Shown: positions 34,762-48,800, numbered from the whole stretch's first letter. The stretch: 63,762 nucleotides of DNA, filler included, from 12 parts of 12 records of this genome joined end to end with filler, not necessarily neighbours in it, one strand, 5' to 3'. The notes: generated by a model not told the origin, from the sequence alone. Numbers and translations are program-made.

Positions 34762-37026
34762 CGGAGCCGGAGCCGGAGCCGGAGCCGATCGCGTCTACGC
34801 TGTCACCAGGTGAGGCTGAGCGTCAGGCTGCGTCGCTAATGGCGTTGCGACGAGAGAAACTCTCGCGCCAGCAGCAAGACGCACCCAAGGCTCTGAACTG
34901 GGATGTACTCGACTCTCCTGGTCCGCGCAAGAGGCAGCCAGAGTCGCGCAGCGGTAGCCTGGGATCAGTGGCCCCGATCACGCACTACCTGAGTTCGCTG
35001 CCATTCGAAAAGGCGCAGGCGTCGTCCGACGGAGTGGAGCGCAACCTGCTTGCCAAGGATCGCGAGCATGCGCAACACTACGTCGACAAGCTGCATGGTA
35101 CCGCCGTCACTAAGGCACGCGGGGCTGGACCGTCGCCAGAAGCGCGCCGTCGCTACGCGAAGTTACGTCAGGCCTCGCCTCCTCCAAAGCCGATGCTTTT
35201 CTCTCCGCGTGCGGAAGATGAGGATGGGCAGGAGGTCGGTACGGTAGAGATCAACTCGGGGCTGGTCATACCGCCGCCGCCGCTGCCCCCTGCGTTTGGA
35301 TCCCGTGGAAAGACCAGCCCTGTGGATTGCAAGGCGACAAACACGTCGCAGAGCAGCTCAAACCAGCAGTCCAACCTGCAGAACGCCAGCGATCGTTTTC
35401 CAATTGAGAACAGAAGTCTGTTGGAGGGCAACCTGTTGGATGGCGGCTACAGAGTACGCCCAGACGCTATCACAGGTTCCCCAAGCCCGCTGCGGATGCG
35501 CGACCCCGAGCTGTGCGTCACTCGTCATTTCCTTCTAGATTTGTGTTGCATTGCCTCCTAAATTCAGCGTATTGGCTGGTTGGCTTCGCGTTGCACTGCA
35601 TTGCAGATATGCAATACTTGAACCGTCAACATCGAATGTAAACGAACAGTCCTCGCACAAACCGGCAACTGGCGGAATTGAGCCAGAATCTTCACTACAA
35701 AACGAAACTGTTGATGCCATCCCGCGCAGGACGGTGACACTTGGCGGTAAGAACGTCAAGAACACGCGTGCCGTGCTGGCTGCAGAGCAAGCAGCCGCAG
35801 AAGCAGAGCTGGCACGTAAGATTGCAGCGGAGGCGGAGCGTTCGTATGCCATGCAAGCCGAGGCTCAGCAAATGCAGGCTGAACGAGAGCAATCGGCGCA
35901 CGCCGAGGCACAGAAGACAGCGATGCTTGAGTTTGCAGAGTCTATCGGAACCAATGTGCAATTTGAAGACGATGCTGCAGCCGAAAACGCCGAGGGTCTC
36001 AACCAACACAAACAGTCACCGCCATGGAAGATGACAGAGATGGAGCCTGGCGCGAATCCGTTGCTTCAGACAGATCAGCTGGCCCGTGAGCTTACTGACG
36101 AAGTCAAAAGCCTACGTGGGCGTCTGGAAAAGGCAAGTGCAGGCAGTCTACCGCGAGCACAGCTGCGACCAAAGTCTGCTGCGGCTCCCACTCCAAGCAT
36201 GCTTGGACCCCGTCTCGAGATGATCTGCGACGACCTCGATGCATTACCGGTGCGCCCCTTTTCAGTTGTTGCTTTTGTTGGGCTTCTCTTCATACTACCA
36301 GTAGCGCCACTCGTTGACACAGTAAGCGTGGGCTGGCATCGATTGACTCAGCGCAAGACGCCAGAATGTCCGCACGGTTACCAGTTGCGAACTTTTAGAG
36401 TAGGCGACGAGGAGGGCTGGTGTGCATGTTTTCATCAGTGGACGGCTGGCCCGCATGAATCGTACACCGCAGCTGGGTGGACTCCAGATCGCTTGGATCG
36501 GTGGTTTAATATGGCTGCAGGTACAAATGGCGGCTGTGGAATCCGGCAGCCATCCCGAGATCTGTTTCTGATCGAGCGTGTCCATACAGAGGTCGACGAA
36601 GAGGAGCGTGATAAAGCATCGGGAAGCATCAATGAAAACCAAAGCAGCAGCATTGTAGCGACTGCATGCGTATGGACAACGCCAAGCAAAACAAAAAAGA
36701 CCCTGATAGAGCGGAACGGCGCGAAGGTGGTGGTCGCAATGCCTTCAACAGGGGAGATCAACTGGGTAGCAAGCGTCGATGGGCATCGTGGGAAAGGCCT
36801 GGGTGATGTCGTGACGCTGGCAGCCCTGCAGCGATTGCATGAGCTTGGATATCAGAGTTGCTGGTTGGAAACTGATGATTGGCGTATTCCAGCCATTAAG
36901 ACATATTTCAAGTACGGCTTTCGAAAGCTCCTCACGCACGACAGTCACACGGTGAGGTGGGAGACCGTTGAAAAGATGTGCAGGTCAGGGCAGATCGCTC
37001 CGAACGTCGCCCCGCAGCTGCTGTGA
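34762..37026 (+). CDS. Low-complexity protein with C-terminal GNAT acetyltransferase; likely 5'-partial, with introns
   Basis: LRTFRVGDEEGW, IVATACVW, NWVASVDGHRGKGLG (acetyl-CoA motif A) and LETDDWRIPAIKTYFKYGF. The contig starts in (GAGCCG)n. Confidence 0.75.
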
Positions 37027-37240
37027 ACTGAGCCGCAACTGCAACGAACTGATCTATGCATTTTTGGATTGCCAAACAAGCAGTCAGAATTTGCTATCGA
37101 CTTGACAAAAAGGTAAATGCATGCATTCGAACATTTGTGCTGCGCAAAGTGGATGCTACATTTGATTTCAAAGCATTTGCTACAGTAGATCTACCACCTG
37201 CAAGCCCTCTACGCAGAATGGATCATTGAACATCACTAAA

Positions 37241-40200
37241 TTAGTAGAACTTTGAGGCAGCAGCGTTGACTGTCTTGGCTTTCTTCTCCATACCGAGCAG
37301 CTGCTCCACCGCTGAGTATAGTTGCTCGACTGCATCGGCCTCCGTCAAGCCGAACGACGGGCTACTCATACGCGTAGATTCCACGTCGTCTCCGTTGCCT
37401 CCGTCACCTCCGTCGTCCTTGCTGGCATCCGTACGGACAACTCGCCACACCTCGCACTTGCCGTCTCGAGGCAGTTGCTCCATGCCAGAGAAGGTTTCAC
37501 CGCCTTGACTCCCCACCGCAAGCCCACACGCTTTCACGGCACGACTCAGCGCGCTAAGATCCTTCCCTCGCTTCGACAATGTTGGCACAGCAACCCGCGC
37601 GATAGCAAGGAGGCCCGTGCCGAGATTTGGTGGATGCGTGGCAACAAAACCGTACTCGCCATGGCTGGCCCACGCCCCATTCTCACCGGCAATTGCGGTG
37701 CAAAGCCGCTCAAGCAATCCTCTACCTTTCGCCAGCAGCGCTGCGAGCCCGCCTTCAGTTGCCTTACAGGATCCACTTACGAGCAACGAAATGTGCTCAT
37801 ATGCCCCGATCCACACCGCTACGCTCCGGTCTTCCGCTAGCCAGAAACCTCGGCCTTCCGGCCAGCATCCAAGGACACCGCCGAGCTTCAGAATCTCTGC
37901 TTGTGGCTCGAACTTTGAGTCCACCAACTCCGGTATGATCATGCCATCAGCCACCTGCCGCAACCCTGAGAGCTCTGAGTCGGCGACGAAATTCTCGTGG
38001 CCTACGGTGAATGAATAGTAACGCCCATCAATAACTTGACCTCCAGGACCCCCCGTTTCCACAGAAAACGCTTCTTTCACGGCAGCGCTCAAAGTTGCCT
38101 CGAGGTCTTTGCGACCAGCTGCGTCGTCACCATACCCCGCCAGCAGCTTGAAATTTGTCCCTTTCACGTTGCGGTTAAACCGCAGGCGAGCGCCGCACTT
38201 TGGTCCAGCTGTCTTCACTTCAATGGGCAGCACTCCGTCGACCTCCCATGACGGCCTTGTTCCGCCCCGATTCGGGGTATCTGGTCCAACATGTAGAGGG
38301 ACACCACCGCCACCAGCAGGTGGCAGAGGAGCGCCAAAGTACGCACGAATCAGCTGGTCCATGAACGGCTGGAGCTTTCGATAGTCCTCTGCTGCGCTGA
38401 TGAAGCAACCGATTGCCTCTCGTTCCCGACCGCACGCGTCCGAGTGTGCGAAGCTCACATTCAGCGCTTTCAGTAACTCTTTTGCCTTTGCACTTCCCAT
38501 TTTGTTCAGGACGTCCGACTCGAACACCTGCGCAACGAGATTATCTGCGTTTGAGCGTGCTGCCTGCTCGAGTGCCGCAACTTCATCTGGGAAACGACCA
38601 GCAATTCCAGTCTGGCGCACTGGCTCTGGCTCCTCCATGGGCGGAGGCGCCCATTCTTCCTCTACTGACACTGGTTCTGGCTCTGGTTGCAGAGGGGGCT
38701 CGGGCTCTCGCCTTGAGGCAGCGATGGCAGCTTGGATAGCTTTAGTGCGTTCCAGCTCCTCGCGTTTCTTTGCTAAGAACTCCTGCTTTGCCTCTTCGCC
38801 ACGTGCCTTGCGCGCCGCTTCTTCCTCCGCAGCCTTCTGCTTCTCTGCAAGCCTTACCAACCTGTCTTCTTCCTTCGCAGCCAGTCGCTCATCAAGCGTG
38901 AGCGACTTCCCACCGCCATTCTCGTAAGCCTCGACACCTTGCCACTGCGACTCGCTGAAATTATGCCTGACGCCGAAGACGGCCGTCGGGTTCTCATATC
39001 CAACACGTGCGCCAAGCTCACTGGCGCTCAGTGCGCCACTCTCATCATGTCGCATGGCTTCGGCAGCCCGTTCCTTTTCTTCACGCGCGAGCCGCTCATC
39101 CATGCCCTGCCCGTCTTCGACCTCGTCGAGAGCGCGATACGCCCCTCCGACAATTCCCATTCCTCCTTTCGATCGCCCCGCAGGGATGCCCTCAGGCGGG
39201 ACCTCAGAAAAGCGAGCGGCATTCAATGTATGAAGCCAACGCTGCTTCTCCATAGCATTGCGCGCCCGAAGAAAGAAAAGTCGATGGGTGCCAGCACGCG
39301 ATACCGTCATCCCTCGCTCGTCTTTACCAACGATCTCGCAATCGATGTGGAACTCAAACTTGTCAAGTTCTCCTCCATCAAGTGGTGCAACCACGTCGTG
39401 AACAACCAAGCATCTCGCTGGGTTTGCACCATGAAACGCACTGGAGTCGCTCCGGCTCACGCGCTCAACGATGTTGTTCATCGCCGCCTCTGATTCAAAG
39501 GCCATTAAAAGTTCACCTTGCAGGAGTATCCATCGCTCTTGCCACCCTCCAAGCTTCTTCAGTGATTTTAGCCACAGCTTTGAGCGGAGTTGTGGTGCAG
39601 CTGCCCCAGTCCGGATCACGCAAGGACTGTACTCAGCGGCCATGACACCAGCCGACGTGGCCAGTTCTTCCATTCGAGGAGTCTCCTGTGCATCTTCATC
39701 TGCGTACAATCCTGGTGGCGTGTACTTCACATTCAGCGCCTTCATCCACACTAGTTTCTCGTCCGCCGACGACGCCCGCACGTGGATCACGCGCTGGCCT
39801 GTGTCGACGTGGAACTCATGCACACTGTCAGTCGAGCTCTCTTCTTCTGTCTCGAACGTCATGGGCATATCCGCCATCGCATTCTCTGTACCACTAGCGC
39901 CGGTATCTCCTGGGGCATCCCTGTTGCAACGCAAAGTTGAGTGCATACGTTATCAAAGACTAAGAACGGGACGAGCCGATGCTCACCGGACATCTTTCAC
40001 GAAAAGAACCTCATACGGCCTCCCATAGTTGCCGGTCAGTTTGTGTCGCTGATTCTCTGCAGCGTCCTCCTGCGCACAGATGTTGCGGTCGACATGACTC
40101 TTGCATCTACCGTAGCGCATATTGTATGTTAGGATAGCAATCATTTCGTGCAGAACGTACCATACGCTCGTAGTAGCGCAGCTCCTTGTCCTTGAGTGTC

Positions 40201-41280
40201 ATGAATCTGCGCTGCCAGCCGTGGATCCCCGCACGCTTGGACGGCAGCTTCTCCATCATACCCTGCAGAAAGGTGCCTCTCTTGACCATGCATGGCCGCC
40301 ACTCGGACTGTCCTAGAGCACCAAGCTCTGCTGCGATGTGGTCAGCGGCGACGGCTGATGCATCAACGCCTTCTACATTCGCATCATCGCGCTCGCTGCG
40401 GAAGTGCGACGATTCAGAAAGACAGAATGGGTACAAGCAACGTCAGAGTACTACGACGTACGCAAGATTCGTGCTGGGTGCCATACTGGCTATCTCCTGC
40501 GCAAAGGCAGCCGCTGTGCCTTCCGCAGCTGGGCCGTCGTGCTTCCATTCAGTTGAGGTCGCGTCGACGATTCTGCTGTCGTCGGTGCCTTGCCCTCGGT
40601 CCATACCACCGCCACTACTGCCCGCAGTCGGACGGTCAGTGGTCGCAAACTCGCCACCAGCTGCAGTGCGCACAGTATAATGCGCATATCGGGTGAGTAC
40701 CACCTCAGCGTTGCGTCGGCGGCAATTCCTGCGCGTGTTTCAGCTCGTTTCACGCACCTTTGCCCCAGAGTCCAGTCGTCGTGACCGCGGCATGCTTGCC
40801 GCCGCGTGCCGCCATAATGGGCTTGCCAAGGCAGGGACCTGTGTATCCGTCGATGTGGTATGCGGCACGCCCGAGATTGATCAAACAAATTCGTACTTGG
40901 TTGAGGTTTTTGTCCTCGAAGAGGTCGGACGTGTCGAAGTTGTCTCTATCGTCCACGCCCAATTCGCGAGCAGCCTCGATGAAGGCACGTATCTATCACG
41001 CGTGACGAGGCCTTAGCACACCAGCGATGGTCGGCAACGGCAATAGTAAAACACTCACGTTCTCTCGCTGCGGGAACGGCATGCTGCTGCGGTTGATCAG
41101 GGCGACGCTGCCGGGGCTCAGCGTGTTTGCGAGCTCGCAGAGAGACACGCCGTCTCGCAGCGCCTCCGGCCACTGGCCATCGGACGCGATGGACGGCTGC
41201 TTCGTGAGCTCGGCCACCCAGGCCAAAATACACTCCTCGTCGGATCCAGAGTAATCGCCTTCGTACGGCCCCGACGGCAT
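37241..41280 (-). CDS. CH-PH-PH-coiled-coil protein fused to a degenerate ATP:guanido phosphotransferase domain; multi-exon
   Basis: CH: LRDGVSLCELAN...QRENV...FIEAARELGV...FDTSDLFEDKN. PH: GWQRRFMTLKDKELRYY and GGWQERWILLQG. Kinase-like: WPEGRGFW, VAVWI, PPNLGTGL. Confidence 0.8.
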
Positions 41281-41763
41281 GTCCGTGCCCCGCTCACCGA
41301 GCGTCGAGCCGCAGCAGCAGCAGCAGCCGCCGCAGTAGCAGCAGCAAGCCTGCGCCCTCACCGCCCCCCGCGATCCGTCCACCGCAGCTCGCCGAGCCGT
41401 CTCGCCTGCGCAGCGCCGGCGCCGGCGCCGGCTCGAGCAGCCGCCTCCCTCATCACGACCAGACCGCCGCCCCACCCTCCTATTGGCATCCGACCGCGCC
41501 GCGTTTAAGGCTGCTCATAGCGGTTCTGCGACGGCATCTTGTCCACGTCAGGGCGGCCCCACCGGCCCACGGGCTGTCCGTGCGTCCGTGCAGCAGGCAG
41601 GGGGTGTCCGGCGGCTGTCCGCGGCAGCATACATGTATTGTCAAACTCGCAAAAGTGGACTCANNNNNNNNNNNNNNNNNNNNNNNNNNNNNNNNNNNNN
41701 NNNNNNNTTAATTAATTAANNNNNNNNNNNNNNNNNNNNNNNNNNNNNNNNNNNNNNNNNNNN

Positions 41764-44700
41764 AGTTCCTGCCATAATTGCCAGCAGTGCAAGCAATAGC
41801 CCCGTCCAGCCACTCCACAGTTCAAGTTGGATAGCAGTCAGCGTACCAAGCACACAAGAGAAGGGCACGACCGTGGACGCTCCCCCCAACCCGATGAGCG
41901 AGAGGACCACGATGCGTATAGCTGCTAGCATAGTGCCGAGACAGAGCGTAGGGACGGGCAACAGCACTGTCAGCAAGGTTTTCTTCCTGTGAAAGTGTTG
42001 AGGCACTAAACGCGAGCGGTCCTGCAGAGCAGCGATCGGGTTCGTGTAGAGCTCGGAGAAATTTTGAGAAATTCGCTGTGACTCAACACATCTTGGGACG
42101 AAGTGCACATCAGCGCTGTACAATAGTTTGTTTACATAGCTCTGTACCCACGGATGCGACACAAACTCGCGCACGCCATATCGCAGTGCAAAGTCCAACA
42201 CAGGAAGCTTACCACGAGCCAAATTCTCGTTGGCAAAGGGAGTGAGCAACAGCCGCTCGGCCTCCTTTGCCGTGTTGCATTTGTCTAGCAGTTCGTGCGC
42301 GTGCTGATCAAACTGGCAGGAAAACTCAGTGAGAATGACGGCGGCGCTTGGATATGTTTGAGCCCACTCCTTGCAGTAAGCGGCAAATGCGACAGCTAGC
42401 TGCATCGGTGGAAGTCCAGTCAGCATGAGCGCGGCATAAGGTTTGACTCTTGAGTTTGACTCTTGCTTTTTCTCAATAGTTTGCAAGTTCAACACTGACC
42501 AAACAGCTGGATAACGACCTCGAAGGTCGTCTGACAGCAAGATGGCGATTCCATTGTCGTGCGGCTCTTCGTTGACTGGCTCTTCGTCGGCGGGGTCTTC
42601 GTGCGCTGGGTCGTCCCTCTTTTCAGTCGCCGAGTGGCTGCGCAGAAAGGCTGCGACCAACTCGAGAATTGTTGAAAGCTCCCGGCCGCTGTACACATGG
42701 AGCTTTGCGATAGGATAGCCCTGAGTCTGCAGTTTCCGGGCCACGAGCCTTGAAAAATCGCTGAACTGTGAGTCTTCAGCGCCGTCAAGATCGATAGACT
42801 TAAATGTCGGCCCAGCATTGCAGAGCGCGGCGCGCCAATGATGGATGGTCCAATTGCACTCGCGGCTAACCTGCAGCTCGAAGTCAAGCGGCATCTTGCC
42901 ATCATCTTGCAGCTGCCGTGCACTAGTCATGAACACGGCAACGTCCGTGTCCGTCACACCCGTCACGTTCACGAGGCTTAGGCTGCGGAGCGATAAATTA
43001 GCGAGCGAGCTCAGTTCACCATCGCGCCAGGCGGCGAACTGAATGCGCAACTCGAATCGCGTGTTTTCACCTATGGCCTGCATCTCCTTCATGGAGTCCA
43101 CGAACTGTTTCCATCCGTCGACTGTGCCATGTTGAAAGTAGACAAGCTCTAGCTTGCTGAGCCCAAGACCCGCCAGCAATGCAGGCAAGTCGCAGTTAGG
43201 TAAGTCGCAGCTCCCGACTTCCAGCTGGAACTCCCGCGTCATTGCTGCGTGTCTCCGCTTGCTCTGCAGCTTTCGCGCACGCTGCACAAATTGCAACCAA
43301 TCGTCTCGCGTCATGCCGTTCACAGTCCTTAGGCTGAGCTTGCTGAGCGCCATATTACCAAGCGCTGCCAGCTCACCGTTTTCCCAGCGGCAACCCGTAG
43401 CCAGCAGCTCAAGCTCGCACGTCATCACGCTCTCCTCTTGAAGCTTACGTGCACGCTGCACAAATCTTTCAATACCGTCCAGCGTGACATGAATCCCGTC
43501 GATCTTCACGCTGATCAACGTCGACGCCATAGTCCCCCCGAGTTCCCGCAAGAGCTCTTCATCCGTTGCACATACTGCGCAGCGGGTGAAGGGAAACACT
43601 TCATCCTGGATGGGTAGAGCGTCCAACTCGTGATGACCTTCCTGCGCGCCACCTAAACCTGAGACGAGGTCCGTTTGGCTGGAATCTTGCGTTCTCCGGT
43701 CCGCTTGAAGATTCTGGATCTTGCAATCATAAAGTTGAGTGGGGCGAGCGTGCGGTTCGTGATGACCTCCTTGCACAGACGCGAGGCGGCCCAGAGGGCC
43801 CGCACTCGGAGGAGGTGGCGCGGATTTGTTCAGCTGCTGCTGTGGCTGCTCTGATGCTTGAGGCTCCATCACCACCGGCAATTTCTCGATCTGCCTGTTC
43901 CTACCTTTTTTCGCATGCTCACTCCGCCTCTTTACATTTGTCGGTATTGTAGGCTCACTGTCTCCATGGTGATCCTCCTCCTGCTTCTCCTCCTCCTGCT
44001 TCTCCTCCGGCTCCTGCGCCAGCTCCTGCTCATCGTCAACCGGCGCCAGCTCCTGCTCATCATCATCGTGGGCCTCATCGCTGGCCAGCTCCTCGCCTGA
44101 TTCGGAGTCAGAGTTGTCCACTGGTATCGATACTGGCCCGGCAGGCGGTGGAGGGAAGGAGTGCGGGCCAGGGTCCATCGCATCGACCCGAGGCACGTAC
44201 GACGTGAACCGGGCTACTCGTTTCTCTCGAATCGCGACTTTCTGGTATACCCGGTTCTGCTGCCGTTTCTGGGCAGGTGTTTCACGCTCACGAGGGTTCA
44301 ATTTAGGCGACGGCCATGACGAGCCACCAGAGCTTGTCAAGCTGGTCCTCGACTGCGAAAGCCTCAGCTCAGCCATCGACTGATCATCGTGCGACCGCGT
44401 CGAACTTCCTGTGCTGACCCGCGAGCGCAGCCGCTTCAGCTCAGCATGTACCTCATCATCGCGCGTCAACCCCTGTGCGACAGCAGCGGTTCTCAGTGTT
44501 CCTTGGTGTTCCTCAGGAGAAGATAGAGCGAGTACAGAGAAGAGAGTGTGTAGCCAGAGAAGAGTGCGTAGCCTCAGAAAAGAGTAGCCAGAGAGGAGAG
44601 GCAAAGGTGTGGGGTGTGTGTGGGGGGGAGGCAGACCTGAACGGCGTTTCCGCTCCCACCGCGCCCACGCTGAGCGGATCCGGAGGGCTGCTCGCCCAGC

Positions 44701-44769
44701 TCCGGAAGCTGTGAGTACCCACCGGGACGGCGCATCGCTGAGGTTGTGTATGGCCACACTAGCAGCCAC
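41764..44769 (-). CDS. TRPC-like channel subunit; 3'-truncated, 5' exon structure uncertain
   Basis: EFSCQFDQHAHELLDKC and LDFALRYGVREFVSHPWVQSYVNKLLY resemble the TRPC pre-S1 region. Hydrophobic helices follow up to the contig edge. Confidence 0.7.
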
Positions 44770-45822
44770 AGGAGTGAAACAGGTCCAAATTCTTGTGAAT
44801 CCTATACGCCGCCAAGGCGGCTACGACCGTCAATACAAACAGCCACAGCAGCGAGAATAAGGAAGAAGTGCCCACAGCAGCCGAGAGGTGGATCGTTGAT
44901 GACTGTGAGCAGCGAGCTAGCTCTCGACGGCCGTCATTTCAAGCACCCATATACAACAGCTCAGCAGCAGCCGCAGCGGCAAAGATAAGGCAGGGAACCG
45001 CCCCAATCAATGTGATCAGCCGGCTCTCGACGAGCGTCACTGCCAGCAAGCAAGCCGCCGCACCCAGCAGCACCAGAGCACCAAGCACCAGAGCGCCAGC
45101 ACAAGAAGGTTCTCAACCGCACTGCACTGCACTGCACAAGACTGACCTGAGGCTGATGGTGGAGCTCCCGTTGGTGGCGGTGATGTTCTGCTCCGCGAAA
45201 CTGGCCGTCGTCGCGGGCAACAGTGCTCGCTGCGTGGTACGTACACACAACCTGCCCCTCCCAGTCCCATCATCCTCCATTCGTATCATTGCCACGCTTT
45301 CACAGGCTGGGTCAGGATTCAAAATCCACAGGCGGGGCCAGAACCAGGCTAATATCCGTACTGGTGTGCGAAAATAAACAGCGGCTCGGGGCGGTCCTGG
45401 GAGTCTGCTGCATTTATCAATGACTTTTTCGTGCTCCCGACCAAGGAATCCAACCCAGCCTCTGACATTGTTCGAGTTCATGGGGGTCCTCGTCGTCAGG
45501 AGTTTTTTCGATTTTGATTCGGTGTGAGTCAACAGGCCAAATGCATGCATTTCGTTTTTTTAATTCACTGTTGAATGTATGAGCGTATGGTGCAATTCTC
45601 GTTCTTGTATACGAGTCTGANNNNNNNNNNNNNNNNNNNNNNNNNNNNNNNNNNNNNNNNNNNNTTAATTAATTAANNNNNNNNNNNNNNNNNNNNNNNN
45701 NNNNNNNNNNNNNNNNNNNNATGCGTGACTGAGAACATCGCCAAATGAAAAGCTGAGCTGTTTTATTTGAGATCTCTTCAGCGTTCATGCAATCTCCGAG
45801 TCGCACATGGTGATGACGCTTT

Positions 45823-48800
45823 TTAGTGTTGATTGAGCGCCTGTACCAACGTGAAGCTCGTTCGGTTCTGCGCAAAGCTCCCTGGGACCACGGGCGGGCC
45901 ATGCATTGCAGCAGTGCTCAATGCTAGTGGTGTCACACCGTCTTCATCGAAGATTAGGTGTGGCCGCTCTCTCATGATTACACACTCGCTCCCGCTGCCA
46001 TCGCGACCAGGCGCATCCGTGTAGTGAACCTCACAACCGTATGCAAGTGCACCCATTACGGAGGAAAAGGTGGCACCTTCATCAGTGCTCCAGTAGTGCA
46101 CTCCATGGTTGCCTCTCGTGGCATTTGGCTTGCTCTGCTGAGTATCGCGGCCAGTATGACGCAGCATGTGCAGGACTGGCGGAGTGCGATTATCATAATA
46201 TACAAACGGATCCTCGCCACCGGCACCGCGAGACGAGTGAAAGCTGTACGTCGATGGGTCACGCCAATTTACAGCACGATAGAGTGCCCCCCTGCCCATT
46301 CCAATCAGTGAGCCATCGCTCTTGATGATCACCGCTAAATTAGAATCGAGGCAGTAGTGGCTGCCATTGAATGGCGGATCTTGGCAGTTCGAAGTCGGGA
46401 TTCGCACCGGCGCAGACCACGGCCCCTCCGGCTGCCCAGGTGGTGTGTAGGACATGAACGTCGCCATCTCCGAGGAGCGATTCCAATGTCCAGCGAAGCA
46501 ACCAACCTCGGCGTCGCATTGGAGCGGGCAGGTTTTGTTAAGCGCGACATCAGAAGAGCAGTCGCACTGACCACCGCCGTCCATCGGTGTGGTGCCACCG
46601 GGTCCTGTCGGTCCAGAGGTAAAAAACAGCACGTACTCTCCAGATGGCGCGATCGCGACAGAGCCCTCATGTGCTTCCGGCAGACAGGTCGCCATCGCGC
46701 ATCCACGTTGTTCGTAGGGACCAATGGGAGAGTTGGATACAGCATGTGTGATAATTGAGTTGCTAGTCCACTCCCAGACGTTGCAGCCGTTGACAAAGGT
46801 TGAGGCGAACATGTGGTACTCGTACTCTGCCCCACCACCACTGGTGTGATTTCGTGTCTGTCGCCTCACCACCGGTCCGCCCCAGGTAGAGACCTCAGCG
46901 ACACCGTCGGTCTTAAGCCCCGCAGGCAACGTAGTCGGTTGGTACCCCGCATCTCGCGGCGTAGGCACAAGGTTCAGCTCGGCGCATTGGAGTCCTTTCC
47001 ACTGTGGAGCACATTTGCAGGTGCCATCAGGCTGAGCTTGCCCATTGTAAGAGCACCCAGAATCATCGAGCGCACCACCACAGCCGAGGCGGCTATCGTT
47101 GACCCATGCTACCCCACTGTCCAGTGCGTATGAACCAGAGGCACAACACGCTGTGCACGGGTAGGGATCTATCTGCTGCCACAGTTGTTTCTGGCTATGC
47201 AACTGTTGCGGTTGCTTTCCTTTTAGCATGCTGATATCGTGGCTGCTGATAAGGACGCTATACCACCGTGCGAAAGCTTGCTTTGGATTCTCATGGCTAT
47301 CACTGTCTGTAATTCCATCGCTGCAGCCACAGTGGCGATGGCAGCTGTCTACGTACGCCCCATGCCCAATGCTGGTGCTGCTGTTGACGCCGAGCCAGGC
47401 AGCAATAGATCCTCGCATTCGCTTGCCATACGCCTCCACCGCGCTGATATTGTCTTGGTTGCTCCCACACTCTGAGCAGCTCCAGCCGAGTTGGTTGGCA
47501 TCGAACTGCGACTGCCACGCAAAAACAGGCATCTGCTCAATAAAAGGGGCAGCAACTTCCGCAACTACACAAAACCAAGGCCTGTCACGCCACTGTGTGG
47601 AGTGCACGCATCTCTGCGAGAGCGTGCTCGTTAGGTTAGCCATTAGCAGCGGCGGTTTCACCCAGGACTCAGTGTTGACGTTCAAGTAGTATCCAGAGTT
47701 GGCAATGCTGGCGATTCGAGTCGTTGGTGAGAGCCGGTCCGTGAGGACGTGATGGAGATGATCCGCATTCGAAAACACGGCAACACCACCACTGGAGCAA
47801 CCACCTATGACAACGTCCGTTGCGGCACCAAGATTTTCATCTTCCGCTAGTGTCCCTATGATACCCTCGACGTTGTAGCGTCCACGGAAGAAGAGCTCAA
47901 TGGGTGGCGGCGGTGGCACTGGAGAGCTGGGTCCGTGCGAGTGGTTGGTAGCAGCTGTGACACAGTATCCGTCCGCGTGCACGTACGAATATCCCTGCGC
48001 ACCATCGTCATACCACAGCTGCAGCTGCAACTGTTGTTTTTCACTCCGAATCGCTGCCGTTGCAGCCGCTGCACACGTGGAACCGGAGAGAAAGAGCTTG
48101 CCGTCGGCGCGATTGCCGACGACACAGCTGCTGTTCATGCTCTGAGTACCAGCCATCTCAGGATCCTCGTGATTATCTGGGTAAAGAACAGTGAGATTGC
48201 CATCACGGAATGTGAAGTGGTCTCGTGCCGTGCTGCAAGGACTCAGCTGCAGCTGCTCCCTGGAAACGGTGGCACACAACTCGATGCGGTGCTTAGGGCC
48301 GGCGCCAGTCGTCGTTGACCACAGTGCGAGCTGACCGCTGGAGCGAAGCTTCCATCGCTGCGCACTGGCCAGTGCAGAGTCACACGGTCGCCATAACACC
48401 GCATCGCCACTCTTTGCGGTGCTGTTAACCGAGACTGAGGGCGGCGGTGGAGCGGCCGGTGGCACGCTCACGAGCGTCTGCGAAGTGTTGTCGCCAGCGT
48501 AGTAGTGACCGTCGCTGCACAGAAATTTACACACAGATGTATGCTACTCAGTCACCACCTAAATCCGATCTTAGAGGGTGCTTGTGACTCACCAGTACAC
48601 CATGTAGACCCAGTTCCAGTCGTGCATCAGTGGCGATCGGGTCGGGTCCGCGTCGAAATCGTCGACACCAGCCGTCTCGAGCTGCCACGTTGGCCGATGC
48701 TCGCTCCACCATCGGCTAGAACCGAGCTTCGTCATGCTACGCTGCCGACAGTCCTCAAGCCACTCGTCCCACGTCTCGCCGTATCCGCAGAAATCGCCGC

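Noticed and set aside
44770-45620. Short ORFs upstream of the TRP-like gene
   Set aside because: I could not build a consistent exon chain or recognise a motif.
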